Shown one piece after another: positions 63,588 to 64,000 of a stretch of DNA of 64,000 bases (position 1 is its first letter; each line of letters opens with the position of its first letter). Made by a program: the position numbers and the translations under genes. The notes beneath the pieces were generated by a model. That model ran no database searches. It was not told the origin of the DNA and was given only the letters and a program-made list of their open reading frames with translations. Origin of the DNA: Octopus vulgaris (Eukaryota); the NCBI GenBank assembly GCA_951406725.2, contig OX597831.1:2046001-2110000 (forward strand), in the 5' to 3' direction.

Positions 63588-64000
63588 ATTAGAAATGTTA
63601 TTCATTCATGCTCTTTTTCAAACAAATATTTATGATTTGCCTAGTCTAGCATGATGTGTTTTACATATTACATATGAGAGTTGTTAAAACAAATTCTTTT
63701 TCTATGATGTGCCACGATCAATATCTCAAAAAGCCTATTGCTAGTCAAAGGCTGACTTCGTTTGGTTTAAAGACATTAAATTAGAAAATAATTTCATATC
63801 TGTAGCATTTAAAATTTTAGATTATTTTAGATTATTAAGATGAAATACTGAATACTAGTGCCTTGAATCTATCTGGTTCCTTATTTCAAAGACTAGAATA
63901 CGTTTCAATTCTGGGCATTCACTAGATAAGGCATGAAAACAAATGTAGACAATGTAGGCACAGGTGCAGCTGTGTGGTAAGAAGCTTGCTTCCCATCCAT

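Overview
AT-rich, repeat-dense eukaryotic DNA. The SINE/RTE families, microsatellite load and C2H2 gene style point to an octopus or other coleoid cephalopod (inference). Three host genes can be reconstructed by hand: (1) a complete PINCH/LIMS five-LIM adaptor gene, + strand, 12 coding exons, 15291-37494, 324 aa; (2) a single-coding-exon 15-finger C2H2 zinc-finger gene, - strand, 48455-49873; (3) the four 3' exons of mitochondrial ribosomal protein L21, - strand, 56379-60794. The rest is mobile DNA: tRNA-derived SINEs, an RTE LINE with a PHD-type finger inside its RT region, Tc1/mariner/hAT/piggyBac-type remnants and MITEs, two non-autonomous Helitrons and LTR remnants. The two most interesting signals are (a) a full-length U6 snRNA copy fused to a structured ~430-bp body and a (CAA)n tail, flanked by a probable TSD and splitting an older repeat (candidate U6-headed SINE or chimeric retroposon), and (b) several distinct short elements sitting in or next to (TA)n/(TCTA)n tracts that carry minimal hammerhead-ribozyme folds, some with long palindromes, resembling Penelope-like pseudo-LTRs. 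Coordinates were counted by eye; repeat boundaries may be off by a few bases.
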